Part shown: positions 31,306 to 41,907 of the stretch, piece after piece
How positions within the stretch are numbered: the stretch's first letter is position 1
Layout: every line of letters begins with the position of its first letter
Source of the DNA: a virus
Reading direction: 5' to 3' (one strand)
IMG/VR virus record: IMGVR_UViG_3300042400_000613
Span: 22,018-86,017 of that record
Length of the DNA: 64,000 bases
The notes under the pieces: generated by a model
What the model saw: the letters and a program-made list of their open reading frames with translations, nothing else
Databases searched by the model: none
Told to the model about the DNA's origin: nothing
Position numbers and translations under genes: made by a program

Positions 31306-33663
31306 ATGGCAATTATAAAGAATTATATTACATGTAAAAACTTAAATGAAGTAAAGGATTTAGCTGAGAAGATAAATACCTATAGTATCATAAGTTTCGA
31401 CGTGGAGTCAACAGGTCTTAACGTAAGGAAAGACCTTATTGTAGGCATGTCATTTGGGTTTGAGCCCGGGCTATCCTACTATTTACCTACTCATGAGTGG
31501 TCGGTAGAAAAACAAGAACTAATTGCTTTGTCCACGGATTCTTACAGTAATGTTAAATTAGCCAAAGGTCTCATCAATAAATTAGTAGGAAAGAAGCTAA
31601 TAATGCACAATGCCTCTTATGATACTTCTATTGTACTAAGTAATTATGGAATTGATTTACTCCCATCTTTACACGCAGATACTATTTTACTAGTACACAC
31701 AACTAGAGAGGAGGGATCTATTGGATATGGCAGGCCATTTGCCCTTAAGTCTATCGGAAAACTTGTTCAAAAGTATATAGATTTAGATGTCGACAAAGAA
31801 GCGAACGAGGAACAGATTTTAATGAAAGAGTCCGTAAAAAATAACGGAGGTCTTATAACCCAGGATAATTTTGAAATATATAAGGCTGATTTAAGTATTC
31901 TAGCAAAGTACGCCTGCGCAGATACAGACTTAACATTGAGGATTTATCTTCTTTTTTCTAAAGTATTAGAAAAGGAAGGACTAGAAGATTTTTTCTATAA
32001 TATTGAAGTAATGCCTCTATACAAAGAAGTAACGGTTCCTATGGAAAGAGAGGGAATTTTAATGGACTTTGACAAGATTAAAGAAGCTCAGAGAGATATT
32101 ATAGAAGACATAAAAACCATAAAAGATGAAGTGTATGCTTCTTTAAGGGAGTCTAATGAATTTAAAAGTTGGGTGTATTCTACCGCCAATAGTAAGTATC
32201 CTTCATTCAAGAAAGACGGTAATTCATGGATTCCAGTAAGAGGTGCTATCTTACCGGAACTTGTTAAATTGGCTGGAATTTCTGATTATTTTTTAAATGA
32301 TAAAAATGAGATAAAAATATTAAAAAATAAAGTACTAACTTTACCTGACAGCGAGATAAAAACATATCTTTTAGGAGAATCCTTTTCCCCTACAACTATT
32401 TCCGATAATCTTAAAAAACTTCTAGCTTTTTCCTCGGTTAATTTATGGAAAAAAGCTAATGATAATGAACTTATAAACATTAACTCAAAACAACAATTAG
32501 CATCTTTTGTATTCAATTTCTTAAATGAAAAACCAATAACATACACCGATAAAGGCGCCGCGCAGTTCAATGAGTCTTTCGTGGAATCAATAAGTGATAA
32601 ATATGATTGGAGTAGGAAATTAACTGTGTATAATAAGCTGAATAAGCTAAAATCAGCATACATGGATAGATTTATAGATAGTTGCGAAGACGGAAGATAC
32701 TACTTTTATTATCAACAGCACGGAACTGTTTCCGGAAGATACAGTAGTGACGCGCAACAACTACCAAGACCTTTTGAATCAGATCAAGGCGTAGATCCTA
32801 GAGTGTATAAGTACACTAACATGATTAGAACCTTTTTTATCTGTGACGAAGATACTACTTTTATAGATTGTGATTATGTTAGTTTAGAGCCTCATATATT
32901 CGCACATATAAGCGGAGACGAAGGCCTTAGAGATATATTCAGAAAGAATTGGGATTTCTACTCTCGTATTGCAATAGACACAGAAAAATTATCTCAATAT
33001 TCGGCAAATCCGGAGGATAGTAATTTTTTAAAAAAAGTAAACAAGACTTTAAGAAACAAAGCAAAAAGTTATTCTTTAGGCATTCCTTACGGAATGTCTG
33101 CTTTCGCTTTAGGTAAAACTATAGAGGTTCCCACAAAAGAAGCTAAAATATTGATAGATGGATATTTAAATGCCTATCCGGAACTTAAAAAATGGATGAT
33201 AGAAAGTGAGGAGTTTGTAAAAAATAATGGGTACATTAAATGTCAATCGGGAAGAATAAGACATTTACCAAAAGTAAAAGAATATTACAGTAAATTTAAA
33301 GACAAGCTACTTGATTATGATTTTAGGGAAAGTTTAAAAAGAGATTTCAGCGAGAAAGAAATTACAGATATGTATAGAGATTATAAAAACGGATTAAACA
33401 ATGCCAAGAATATTCAAATACAGTCTATGGCGGCTCATATTGTAAATAAATCCGCTCTATTAGTTAATAGAGAATTTATAAAAAGAGAAATTAAAGGACT
33501 TGTAGTAGCTCAAATCCATGACCAGTTAATATTTAAAGTAGAGAACTCTAGGAAAGATGAGGCATTAAGCATAGTTCAAGATATAATGGAAAACTCTACA
33601 AAGTTAAGTATAGATTTAAAAGCACCTCCGGAATTATCTAAAAATTGGCAAGAAGGACATTAA
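31306..33663 (+). CDS. polA: Family-A DNA polymerase with a 3'-5' exonuclease domain
   Basis: ExoI FDVESTG, HNASYD, YACAD, TVSGRYSS, motif A DYVSLEP, motif B RNKAKSYSLGIPYG and motif C QIHDQ. Confidence 0.95.
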   Translation: MAIIKNYITCKNLNEVKDLAEKINTYSIISFDVESTGLNVRKDLIVGMSFGFEPGLSYYLPTHEWSVEKQELIALSTDSYSNVKLAKGLINKLVGKKLIMHNASYDTSIVLSNYGIDLLPSLHADTILLVHTTREEGSIGYGRPFALKSIGKLVQKYIDLDVDKEANEEQILMKESVKNNGGLITQDNFEIYKADLSILAKYACADTDLTLRIYLLFSKVLEKEGLEDFFYNIEVMPLYKEVTVPMEREGILMDFDKIKEAQRDIIEDIKTIKDEVYASLRESNEFKSWVYSTANSKYPSFKKDGNSWIPVRGAILPELVKLAGISDYFLNDKNEIKILKNKVLTLPDSEIKTYLLGESFSPTTISDNLKKLLAFSSVNLWKKANDNELININSKQQLASFVFNFLNEKPITYTDKGAAQFNESFVESISDKYDWSRKLTVYNKLNKLKSAYMDRFIDSCEDGRYYFYYQQHGTVSGRYSSDAQQLPRPFESDQGVDPRVYKYTNMIRTFFICDEDTTFIDCDYVSLEPHIFAHISGDEGLRDIFRKNWDFYSRIAIDTEKLSQYSANPEDSNFLKKVNKTLRNKAKSYSLGIPYGMSAFALGKTIEVPTKEAKILIDGYLNAYPELKKWMIESEEFVKNNGYIKCQSGRIRHLPKVKEYYSKFKDKLLDYDFRESLKRDFSEKEITDMYRDYKNGLNNAKNIQIQSMAAHIVNKSALLVNREFIKREIKGLVVAQIHDQLIFKVENSRKDEALSIVQDIMENSTKLSIDLKAPPELSKNWQEGH

Positions 33664-33737
33664 TTAGTAAATATTAACTAATTATTGTAAACATTAAACT
33701 TTTTATTTACTTTAACGTTTTATTAAAAACTAAAAGA

Positions 33738-33959
33738 ATGAATTTACCACCAATGGAACCTGCAAAATTACAGATAACTCCGGAACAAATGGATTCTATC
33801 TGCTGTGATGCTTGCGGACATGAATATTTTAAGCAAGTTTTAATCCTAAAAAGGATTAGTAAGCTATACACTGGCACTACTAAAGACAAAGTTGTCACTA
33901 TGCCCGCATTTGTATGCGACGCTTGCGGAGAGCCAATAGATATGGAAAAATTGTCATAA
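33738..33959 (+). CDS. Small zinc-ribbon protein
   Basis: Two CDACG motifs. Confidence 0.7.
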   Translation: MNLPPMEPAKLQITPEQMDSICCDACGHEYFKQVLILKRISKLYTGTTKDKVVTMPAFVCDACGEPIDMEKLS

Positions 33960-33968
33960 GTAAAATAA

Positions 33969-34922
33969 ATGGTTTTGGAAGATTTAAAAGTAAAGTTGAA
34001 TGAGGCTATAGTTTTTGCTAATGAAGTAAAGAAAAAACCTCACAGACATGTTTCTTTCTCTCAGTTCTCCATGTATAGTCAATGTGCTAAAAAATGGTTT
34101 TTGAGCTACGCTTTAAAGCTAGGTACAAGACCTCCTTCGATACACATGACTTTTGGGACGGCGTTTCACGAAGTACTACAGGAATACATAACTTTGTATC
34201 ACGACAAGAGCGCTAAAGATAATGGAAAAGTTGATTTTGATATAGAGTTAATAAATAAAATAAAAGAGATATATAAGAGAGATTACAATAATTACGGAAA
34301 ACATTTTTCCACAAGTTCGGAATTGTCTGAATTTTGTGAACAAGGTGTAAAAATTCTAAATCATATAAGAAGTAACTATAATTCATATTATGATAGACAA
34401 AATTGGACGCTTTTGGGCGTAGAGGTTCCTCTGATGGTAAAAATACTAAATTCGGAGGAGCCTCTCTATTTTATTCTGTTTATAGACTTATTATTTTATG
34501 ATAAACTTAACAATACTTTAATCATAGATGATATAAAAACTTCCGGCAAAGGATGGAGCTCTTACTCCAAGAAGGATAAAATAAAAACATCTCAGGTATT
34601 ACTATATAAGGCTTTTTTATCCAAAAGTCTCGGATTAGATTATAAAAAAATAGATACGAGGTTTACTATAGTGAGAAGAATAACAGATGCTTATGACTTT
34701 CCTCTTAGTAGAGTGCAGTTATTTAAGCCTGCTCAATCAAATAAATCTACTGATTTAGCTTTAGATAGTTTTAAAGATTTCGTAAAAACGGTATTTGACA
34801 AAGAAGGAAATTATAGACATGATATAGAATACCCAGCCGTAACAGGAAATAATTGTTTTAACTGCAATTACTGCGAATTTAATGATAGACATGACATTTG
34901 CCCTATAGAAAATAGATTATAA
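33969..34922 (+). CDS. PD-(D/E)XK nuclease, Cas4/RecB-like
   Basis: SFSQ..C, FGTAFH, FIDL, DIKTS, Q..LY and a C-terminal Cys cluster. Confidence 0.85.
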   Translation: MVLEDLKVKLNEAIVFANEVKKKPHRHVSFSQFSMYSQCAKKWFLSYALKLGTRPPSIHMTFGTAFHEVLQEYITLYHDKSAKDNGKVDFDIELINKIKEIYKRDYNNYGKHFSTSSELSEFCEQGVKILNHIRSNYNSYYDRQNWTLLGVEVPLMVKILNSEEPLYFILFIDLLFYDKLNNTLIIDDIKTSGKGWSSYSKKDKIKTSQVLLYKAFLSKSLGLDYKKIDTRFTIVRRITDAYDFPLSRVQLFKPAQSNKSTDLALDSFKDFVKTVFDKEGNYRHDIEYPAVTGNNCFNCNYCEFNDRHDICPIENRL

Positions 34923-34940
34923 AATCACAAATTACATAAA

Positions 34941-36437
34941 ATGAATTTTGAATTACCTAAACTAAGGAAAATAACCAATAGGCCAAAGAAGAAAAAAATA
35001 CTACTTCTTTCGGATGACCTGCGTCTAAATTCAGGTATTGGTGTAATGTCTAGAGAACTTGTAGTTGGGACAGCAAAACACTTTGATTGGGTTCAACTAG
35101 GTGCCGCTATAAAAAACCCCGATGCAGGTAAAATAATTGATGTTTCCGAAGATGTTAATAAGGAAATGGGTATTGATGACGCTAGCGTATTGATTTATCC
35201 TAATAATGGATATGGAGACCCCCAAAAACTAAGAGAAATTATTTCTAGAGAATCGCCTGATGCAATACTACATTTTACAGATCCTCGTTTTTGGGAGTGG
35301 CTATACGACATGGAAAGAGAAATTAGAACATCTATTCCAATAATGTATTATAATATATGGGATGATTTACCATATCCTCATTGGAATGCAGAATTTTATG
35401 CATCATGTGATTTTATATTTAACATTTCTAAACAGACTCATAATTTAGTTAATATAGTATTAGAAGAAAATGAGTATAAGACACATGACTTAGATTGTGG
35501 AATGCCTGAAAACTTTTCAAATGATACAACATATACCGCTTATATCCCGCATGGTATAAACAATAAGCACATTTATAAAATATCAGAGAAAAGCGAAGTA
35601 TTTGAAGAATATACAAAGTATATATCCGAATTTAAAAAGGAAACTCCTACCGATTTTCTAGTCTTCTGGAATAACAGAAATATCAGAAGAAAACAACCAG
35701 GAGATGTTATTCTCGCTTTTAGTAAATTCTGTGAGCTTCTAAGAGATGAGAACAAAGCTAGTAGATGTGTCTTGGTTATGCACACCGACCCTATTGATGG
35801 AAACGGAACAGATTTAATAGCCACAGTAAAAGCCATAAATCCAATAGGAAAAGTTATCTTTTCGGATAAAAAGATAGATACTAAGACTTTAAATTTTTGG
35901 TATAATTTCGCTGATGTTGTTGTTAACATAGCATCTAACGAAGGTTTCGGATTATCCGGTGCTGAAGCCATAATGGCCGGAACGCCTATCATAAACAATG
36001 TAACCGGTGGTCTACAAGATCAATGCGGATTTGTTGACAGCAAAGGAAATCACATGAAGTTCACAAAAGAGTTCCCTACAAATCATTCGGGGGTACTTAG
36101 AAATCATGGAGAATGGGCTTATCCAGTATTTCCTAGCAATAGATCTTTACAAGGTTCCCCGGCAACTCCGTACATCTTTGACGATAGAGTTTCTTTTGAG
36201 GATGTAGCTGTAGCCCTTTTACATTGGTACAATATTCCTAGAACAGAAAGAAAAGCTTTAGGAAGTAAAGGTATAGACTTTGCCTTAAATCCTGAGATAG
36301 GTATGTCAGCAGAAGAAATGAGTAATAGATTTATTAAAAACATAGGTATAGCCTTAGATAACTGGAAGCCTAGATCTAAATTCTCACTTCACAAAATAAA
36401 ACCAGAAAAAACTAATAAAGCAATAGGAATTTTATGA
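34941..36437 (+). CDS. GT-B (GT4-like) glycosyltransferase
   Basis: IPHGI, NRNIRRK and NEGFGLSGAEAIMAGTPII. Confidence 0.9.
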   Translation: MNFELPKLRKITNRPKKKKILLLSDDLRLNSGIGVMSRELVVGTAKHFDWVQLGAAIKNPDAGKIIDVSEDVNKEMGIDDASVLIYPNNGYGDPQKLREIISRESPDAILHFTDPRFWEWLYDMEREIRTSIPIMYYNIWDDLPYPHWNAEFYASCDFIFNISKQTHNLVNIVLEENEYKTHDLDCGMPENFSNDTTYTAYIPHGINNKHIYKISEKSEVFEEYTKYISEFKKETPTDFLVFWNNRNIRRKQPGDVILAFSKFCELLRDENKASRCVLVMHTDPIDGNGTDLIATVKAINPIGKVIFSDKKIDTKTLNFWYNFADVVVNIASNEGFGLSGAEAIMAGTPIINNVTGGLQDQCGFVDSKGNHMKFTKEFPTNHSGVLRNHGEWAYPVFPSNRSLQGSPATPYIFDDRVSFEDVAVALLHWYNIPRTERKALGSKGIDFALNPEIGMSAEEMSNRFIKNIGIALDNWKPRSKFSLHKIKPEKTNKAIGIL

Positions 36438-37723
36438 AAAAGAAAGTAACTCTAGTAGCACCTGTATATACAGCCTCAGGATATGGAGCGCACGGAAGAG
36501 ATATTGCCTGGGCATTAATTGCATTACAGGACAAGTACGATTTAAAAATTGTCTCTACAGCATGGGGAAACACTCCGACTAATGCACTAGACAAAAATAA
36601 TCCAAATGATTTGGAGATTATTAAAAGAATTGTACCTAAAACTGACGCAAATGACGATATTTTTATACAACTGACTATTCCTAATGAATTTGTTAGATGT
36701 GGAAAATATAATATAGGATTTACTGCTGGAATTGAGACAGACATGTGTGCTCCTAAATGGATTGAAGGATGTAATAACATGGATATGCTTCTTACAACAT
36801 CTAAGCATTCTTTGGATGTTATAAACGATTCTGTTTTTGACAAAGTAAACAAAAATACAAATCAACTCGAAGGAACTCTAAAGCTCAGAGATGGCCTCAG
36901 GAAGGAGATTTTATTTGAGGGGGTTGACACGACACTATACACTAATAAAATGAATCCTGATGAAAATATGGGGATTTTAGAGCATGTCAAGGAAGACTTC
37001 TGTTATCTATTTGTAGGACATTGGCTGCAAGGTTCTTTTGGAAATGATAGAAAGAATGTAGGAGCCATGATAAAAGTATTTTTTGATACCTTTAAACGAA
37101 TGCCCGCAAACAATAGGCCGGCGTTAATATTAAAAACTAGTGGAGGTAAATACTCGGTAGGTGATTTAAATGAAATACAATCTAAAATTAGATCTATACT
37201 AGACGGGGAAGCTGGACCTAACATCTATGTACTTCATGGAGATTTATCAGATGGAGAAATGAATAATCTATACAACGACCCAAAAGTAAAAGCAATGATT
37301 TCTTTCACTAAAGGAGAGGGATACGGCAGGCCTTTAGCGGAATTTTCCGTAACTGGAAAGCCTATCATCGCTTCTAATTGGTCCGGTCAGCTTGACTTCT
37401 TACACCCTAAGTATTCTTCACTTCTTCCTGGTAGATTGGAACAAGTGGATAGATCTGTAGTAAACGATTGGTTTATTCAGGACGCAAAATGGTTTACCGT
37501 AGATTATATGTATTCGGCTGGAGTTATTGCAGATGTTTTTACTAGATATAAAAAACATAAGGAGAATGCGGAAAAGCAAAGAGTACATACACTAACTCAT
37601 TTTTCTTTTGAGAAAATGGTAGATAAGTTAGAGGAAATCTTAGATTCTATTGAAATAGAACAGTCTAGTAATCAACCTAAATTAAATACATTAAAATTAC
37701 CAAAACTAAAACTAGTAGAATGA
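36434..37723 (+). CDS. GT-B (GT4-like) glycosyltransferase
   Basis: SGYG, DRKNVG and KGEGYGRPLAEFSVTGKPII. Confidence 0.9.
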   Translation: MKKKVTLVAPVYTASGYGAHGRDIAWALIALQDKYDLKIVSTAWGNTPTNALDKNNPNDLEIIKRIVPKTDANDDIFIQLTIPNEFVRCGKYNIGFTAGIETDMCAPKWIEGCNNMDMLLTTSKHSLDVINDSVFDKVNKNTNQLEGTLKLRDGLRKEILFEGVDTTLYTNKMNPDENMGILEHVKEDFCYLFVGHWLQGSFGNDRKNVGAMIKVFFDTFKRMPANNRPALILKTSGGKYSVGDLNEIQSKIRSILDGEAGPNIYVLHGDLSDGEMNNLYNDPKVKAMISFTKGEGYGRPLAEFSVTGKPIIASNWSGQLDFLHPKYSSLLPGRLEQVDRSVVNDWFIQDAKWFTVDYMYSAGVIADVFTRYKKHKENAEKQRVHTLTHFSFEKMVDKLEEILDSIEIEQSSNQPKLNTLKLPKLKLVE

Positions 37724-38187
37724 TTAGCGAAACATTAGAAGAGAAATCTCCTATTACAGGGAAAGACGAAGTTATTGTTGAACTTACTGACTCTGGAATT
37801 CTTACCAAATTATGCATGGGCAGCGGCTACTATACGGACTCAAGTCTTGTTCTTGGCTCGGATAATCAGATTCAGTATGAGTCGACGCTGCCCCGGATTT
37901 GTATCGACAAGCGGCACATTGACGTGGACCATTGCGTTTGGTATCCTTTTATATTCTCATTGGACAAGGCGGTTATTTTTCCGGACGAGGGTGAGAATAG
38001 GAAATTAGTATGGAAAGTTTGTGCTATTGTGGACTTTACTAAGGATGATGTAGAGTCTTACCCAAATGCAGAGATTCAACGTAAAGTAGATGTGGATAAC
38101 TCTATTGAATTTGACGCGAACGGCTTTGCTTTGGCCTTTGAGAAACTATATGAATTAAACGCTCCAAAATACAGAGAAATTGGATAA
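37720..38187 (+). CDS. Hypothetical protein
   Basis: 155-aa ORF coupled to its neighbours. Confidence 0.65.
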   Translation: MISETLEEKSPITGKDEVIVELTDSGILTKLCMGSGYYTDSSLVLGSDNQIQYESTLPRICIDKRHIDVDHCVWYPFIFSLDKAVIFPDEGENRKLVWKVCAIVDFTKDDVESYPNAEIQRKVDVDNSIEFDANGFALAFEKLYELNAPKYREIG

Positions 38188-38950
38188 CATATTTATTTCC
38201 TACTGTGTTACTGCTTGCAATGAGAACGAGGAATTGTTTGTATTACTTTCCCAGTTAGAAGGCGTTTTGGGAATAGATACGGAAATTATAGTACAGACAG
38301 ATTCCTCCAAGGTAACTAAAGATGTTCTGCATGTAATTAATAATCATGACATCTCGGATTCTATAAAGCATGTGAATTTTCCATTGAACGGAGATTTTTC
38401 TACATTTAAAAACAATTTATTCAAACATGCAAGAGGAGAATGGATTTTTCAAATTGATGCAGATGAATTGTTGAATCAATATTTGCTTTATAATTTAAGA
38501 GAATTGTTGGAGATTAATGAAAACATGGAGATGATTGCGGTTCCTCGGGTAAACATAGTAGAAGGTATTACACAGGATTGGATTAATCAATGGAAATGGA
38601 ATATAAGTAAACAGGACAATGCTATAGGTTCTACTACGGAGCCTATAAGCATTTACAGTGACTTCTATAAGGTTCTTGAGACGAATAATCTAATTAAAGA
38701 AGATTATAAGGTAAACGATAAAGGAGATAGTAGGATAGTTGTTTATCATAAGCCTATTATTAATTTTCCGGATTATCAAACTAGGATATATAGGAACAAG
38801 GATAGTATTAGATTTAAGAATAAAGTACATGAGGTAATTACAGGGTATTCACATTACTCTGCTATTCCTAGTGATTGGAATTGGTGCTTATTACATGTTA
38901 AGGATATTACTAAGCAGATAAGTCAAAATGAAATGTATTCTAAATTATAA
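38180..38950 (+). CDS. GT2 glycosyltransferase
   Basis: ISYCVTACNE, FSTFKN, WIFQIDADE, PDYQTRI and VHE. Confidence 0.88.
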   Translation: MDNIFISYCVTACNENEELFVLLSQLEGVLGIDTEIIVQTDSSKVTKDVLHVINNHDISDSIKHVNFPLNGDFSTFKNNLFKHARGEWIFQIDADELLNQYLLYNLRELLEINENMEMIAVPRVNIVEGITQDWINQWKWNISKQDNAIGSTTEPISIYSDFYKVLETNNLIKEDYKVNDKGDSRIVVYHKPIINFPDYQTRIYRNKDSIRFKNKVHEVITGYSHYSAIPSDWNWCLLHVKDITKQISQNEMYSKL

Positions 38951-38976
38951 TATGATTATTCCTAAATGTTGAACTT

Positions 38977-40017
38977 ATGTTACGTATTAGATTAGTTGAT
39001 GATACTAAGGGTAGAAATAAAGCTACATATAGAGGATTTTTGATGTATAAAGATTTGTTCAAAGATGTAGGAATAGATTTTATTATTGCTGGGGGTATAG
39101 TAGACAGTTGGGATATAAGCATTTTAGGTGATGAATGCTTTGTTAACCGGCGGGCGAAGTCTTTACGGGAGTCTATTGATTATGGATTAGAAAGATTACA
39201 TGAGATAGATGGAAGATTCATGCTATATGATGGTTCTGATTCTTCATCTATTTTAGGATCTTATGATGTATTTGAAAATAGCAATGCAGAAAAATTAATA
39301 AAGAATCAAATATATAGTAAAGATGTATATAGCATTCCATCTCCATTGGGCAAGGAATGGTGGAACATGTATGCCGGCCGGGAGGATAAGGTTTCCTATG
39401 ATGTAAAAAGATATGATGATATTGTTTTATCTGGTTATAATCTCGGGTATTATCATCCACATTATTTGCAATTCGCGAATCATGAAGTAAAAAAGGAACA
39501 TGATATATTTGCAGTTTATCAAGCGGATCATAAGGAGAATTATGACTTTGGAATTCGCAACGATTTATATTATAGCAGACATAGAAAGCGGAGCTTGGAC
39601 GAGTTGGGTAAATTGGATGGTACCTATAATATCGTTTCTGGCAGGCTTAATCCTGAAGATTATAGTGTAGCATTGAGTAAGAGTAAATGTGCCATATCTC
39701 CTTTTGGCATGGGTGAGATATGTTTTAGAGATTTTGAAACATGGAATATTGGATGTTTATTGATTAAGCCTTTCATGGATAATGTCATTACTTATCCTAA
39801 TCCTTACATAGATAGAGAGACTTATTTTGCATGTAATAATAATTGGGATGATTTAAATGATCTTATTGATTTTGTATTATCATTGAACAATAATGATGTT
39901 AAAGATATTAATAGTAATGTGAGGAAGACATTGATTGATATGTATTCCCCGCAGAATTTTGTATTACATTTTTATAATATTTTGGCAAACCTAGATGGAA
40001 TAACTAAAGAATCATGA
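38977..40017 (+). CDS. Glycosyltransferase (GT-B type)
   Basis: SKCAISPFGMGEICFRDFE motif. Confidence 0.7.
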   Translation: MLRIRLVDDTKGRNKATYRGFLMYKDLFKDVGIDFIIAGGIVDSWDISILGDECFVNRRAKSLRESIDYGLERLHEIDGRFMLYDGSDSSSILGSYDVFENSNAEKLIKNQIYSKDVYSIPSPLGKEWWNMYAGREDKVSYDVKRYDDIVLSGYNLGYYHPHYLQFANHEVKKEHDIFAVYQADHKENYDFGIRNDLYYSRHRKRSLDELGKLDGTYNIVSGRLNPEDYSVALSKSKCAISPFGMGEICFRDFETWNIGCLLIKPFMDNVITYPNPYIDRETYFACNNNWDDLNDLIDFVLSLNNNDVKDINSNVRKTLIDMYSPQNFVLHFYNILANLDGITKES

Positions 40018-41273
40018 ACAAATTTATAGAGATTTTAAGGTCATGGGGAATCCAATTAAACCCCAACGAAAAACAAAGTAAATTAGCGGAGGCTCGTATC
40101 GCAGTTTGCGATACCTGCGAACACAAAAAGACATCTCCAACCATTCATTGTGGTGTATGTGGATGTTTATTAAAGAGTAAGATATTCTCTCCGGTGGAAA
40201 ACGCTTGCCCGGAAGGAAAATGGGCTGAAATAGATAAGAGTATGTCAAAGGAAATCCAAGAATTAGTGGATCAAATACCTGAGTACAATCCTCCACCGGT
40301 TCCTGTTTTAGAGGGCACTCCACTAGATAGATTGAAATTTATTTGCGCACAACCGGCTACCTCATACTATGCTTGGCAGGTAGAAGTTATGATTAAAAAC
40401 TTCTTAGAAATGGGCGTAGACCCTTCTTCCATTAACATTGTTTGCGCACTTGATGAGACGAACACGATTCCTAATTTATGGTTTAAACTAATTATGAAAT
40501 ATAATTCGGTAAAATACTACTTTTACCCGGATACAAGACAGTCTAAAAATTACGTCTCTTCGATAAGACCTAATATTTTAAAGCAGCACTGGGAAAGAAA
40601 TCCTGACTTAGTTAACGATGTTATATTTTACCATGATTGTGACATTGTATTTACTAGACCTATAAATCAATGGATTAGCGATGATATGATACAGGATGGT
40701 AATTGGTATGGTTCTGATTGTAATTCATATCTTTCTCATGATTATATAGATAGTAAAGGAATTGATGTACTTAATTCCGTCTGCTCTATAGCAAATATAC
40801 CTCAAGAAAAGCTATTAGAGAATAATTACAATAATATAGGAGCACAATACCTGTTAAAATATATCACGCTTCATTTCTGGCAGGATGTAGAAAGAGATTC
40901 AGAGAATTTATTTAGAGATATCACAGCAATTAATAGCTTAAAAAAGCAAGAAGATTCTAGTTATAACGAACTTCAAATATGGTGTGCGGATATGTGGGCA
41001 ATATTATTTAACGGATGGAAAATGAACGCTAGCACAATTGTGCATGGTAACTTATCTTTTTCTTGGGCAACTGATGACGAAAATTCATGGTACCGAAACA
41101 ATATTTTTCATAACGCCGGAGTAGTTGAAGGAAATCCGGAATATTTCTGTAAGGCTAATTATATAGATAAATTACCTTATAACGAAGAGGACTCTTATAT
41201 TTCTGGTACAGCAGGTAAAAAATACTGGGAATTGGTTCAACAAACAGGCAAAGATTCTTGTTTATTAGAGTAA
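40014..41273 (+). CDS. Cys-rich N-terminal domain fused to a GT-A glycosyltransferase resembling peptidyl Hyp/Ser O-glycosyltransferases
   Basis: N-terminus: RIAVCDTC, CGVCGC, CPEGKW. GT-A part: YYAWQ, IRP, YHDCDIVF (DxD), GAQY, WCADMWA and HNAG. Confidence 0.65.
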   Translation: MNKFIEILRSWGIQLNPNEKQSKLAEARIAVCDTCEHKKTSPTIHCGVCGCLLKSKIFSPVENACPEGKWAEIDKSMSKEIQELVDQIPEYNPPPVPVLEGTPLDRLKFICAQPATSYYAWQVEVMIKNFLEMGVDPSSINIVCALDETNTIPNLWFKLIMKYNSVKYYFYPDTRQSKNYVSSIRPNILKQHWERNPDLVNDVIFYHDCDIVFTRPINQWISDDMIQDGNWYGSDCNSYLSHDYIDSKGIDVLNSVCSIANIPQEKLLENNYNNIGAQYLLKYITLHFWQDVERDSENLFRDITAINSLKKQEDSSYNELQIWCADMWAILFNGWKMNASTIVHGNLSFSWATDDENSWYRNNIFHNAGVVEGNPEYFCKANYIDKLPYNEEDSYISGTAGKKYWELVQQTGKDSCLLE

Positions 41274-41326
41274 TGTTATTTTTCTTTTGTCATATAACTA
41301 TTATATATTAATTAGTTAATAATCTA

Positions 41327-41390
41327 GAATCGGTAGTTTAAGTAAAACAACGAAGTTATTTGCAGATGATGGAAAATCCATCCCGATTTT
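41327..41390 (+). pseudogene. Degenerate tRNA-like cloverleaf
   Basis: Acceptor GAATCGG/CCGATTT, U8A9, D-arm GTTT/AAAC and T-arm GATGG/CCATC with a shortened loop. The anticodon arm is eroded. Confidence 0.5.
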
Positions 41391-41406
41391 TTTTTAAGTT
41401 TATCCT

Positions 41407-41904
41407 ATGGAGATTCGTGAAAATATGGATTTAAAACCTTTACCCGGCGAGGTATGGAGACCTTTTCCAAATTATGAGGATTGGTATCAAGTATCTAATC
41501 TAGGTAGAGTAAAAAGGATGGAAAGATTATGTGTACAAAAGAGAAAAAAAGAAGATGGTTCTGAGTACGACTATTCGTCATATACTTTAAAAGAATCAAT
41601 TCTCGCTCAATCTTTTACAACAGCTGGATATTTAATGATTCGATTCTCTTATCCAATAAAGGAGACTAGTGTTGTATCTAGGTTTAATGTGGCTATGCAC
41701 AGAGCAGTAGCCATGGCTTTTATTCCAAACCCTAACAATCACCCACAAGTAAATCACATAGACGGAGAAAAGACAAATAATACTGTCTCCAATTTAGAGT
41801 GGTGCAATAATTCTAGAAATCAAATACATAGAAATTATATCTTAGAAAAAAAATCTAAGAGTAAATACTTAGGCTATTTGATGAGAAATAAAAACAAATT
41901 ATAG
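41407..41904 (+). mobile_element. NUMOD4-HNH homing endonuclease
   Basis: EVWRP, YQVSNLGRVK, HRAVAMAFIPNP and VNHIDGEKTNNTVSNLEWC. Confidence 0.93.
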
Positions 41905-41907
41905 ATT

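Noticed and set aside
27774-33663. Introns or inteins in nrdA, nrdB or polA
   Set aside because: The reading frames are continuous, sizes are normal and no intein splice motifs were seen. The HNH gene at 30835 is free-standing.
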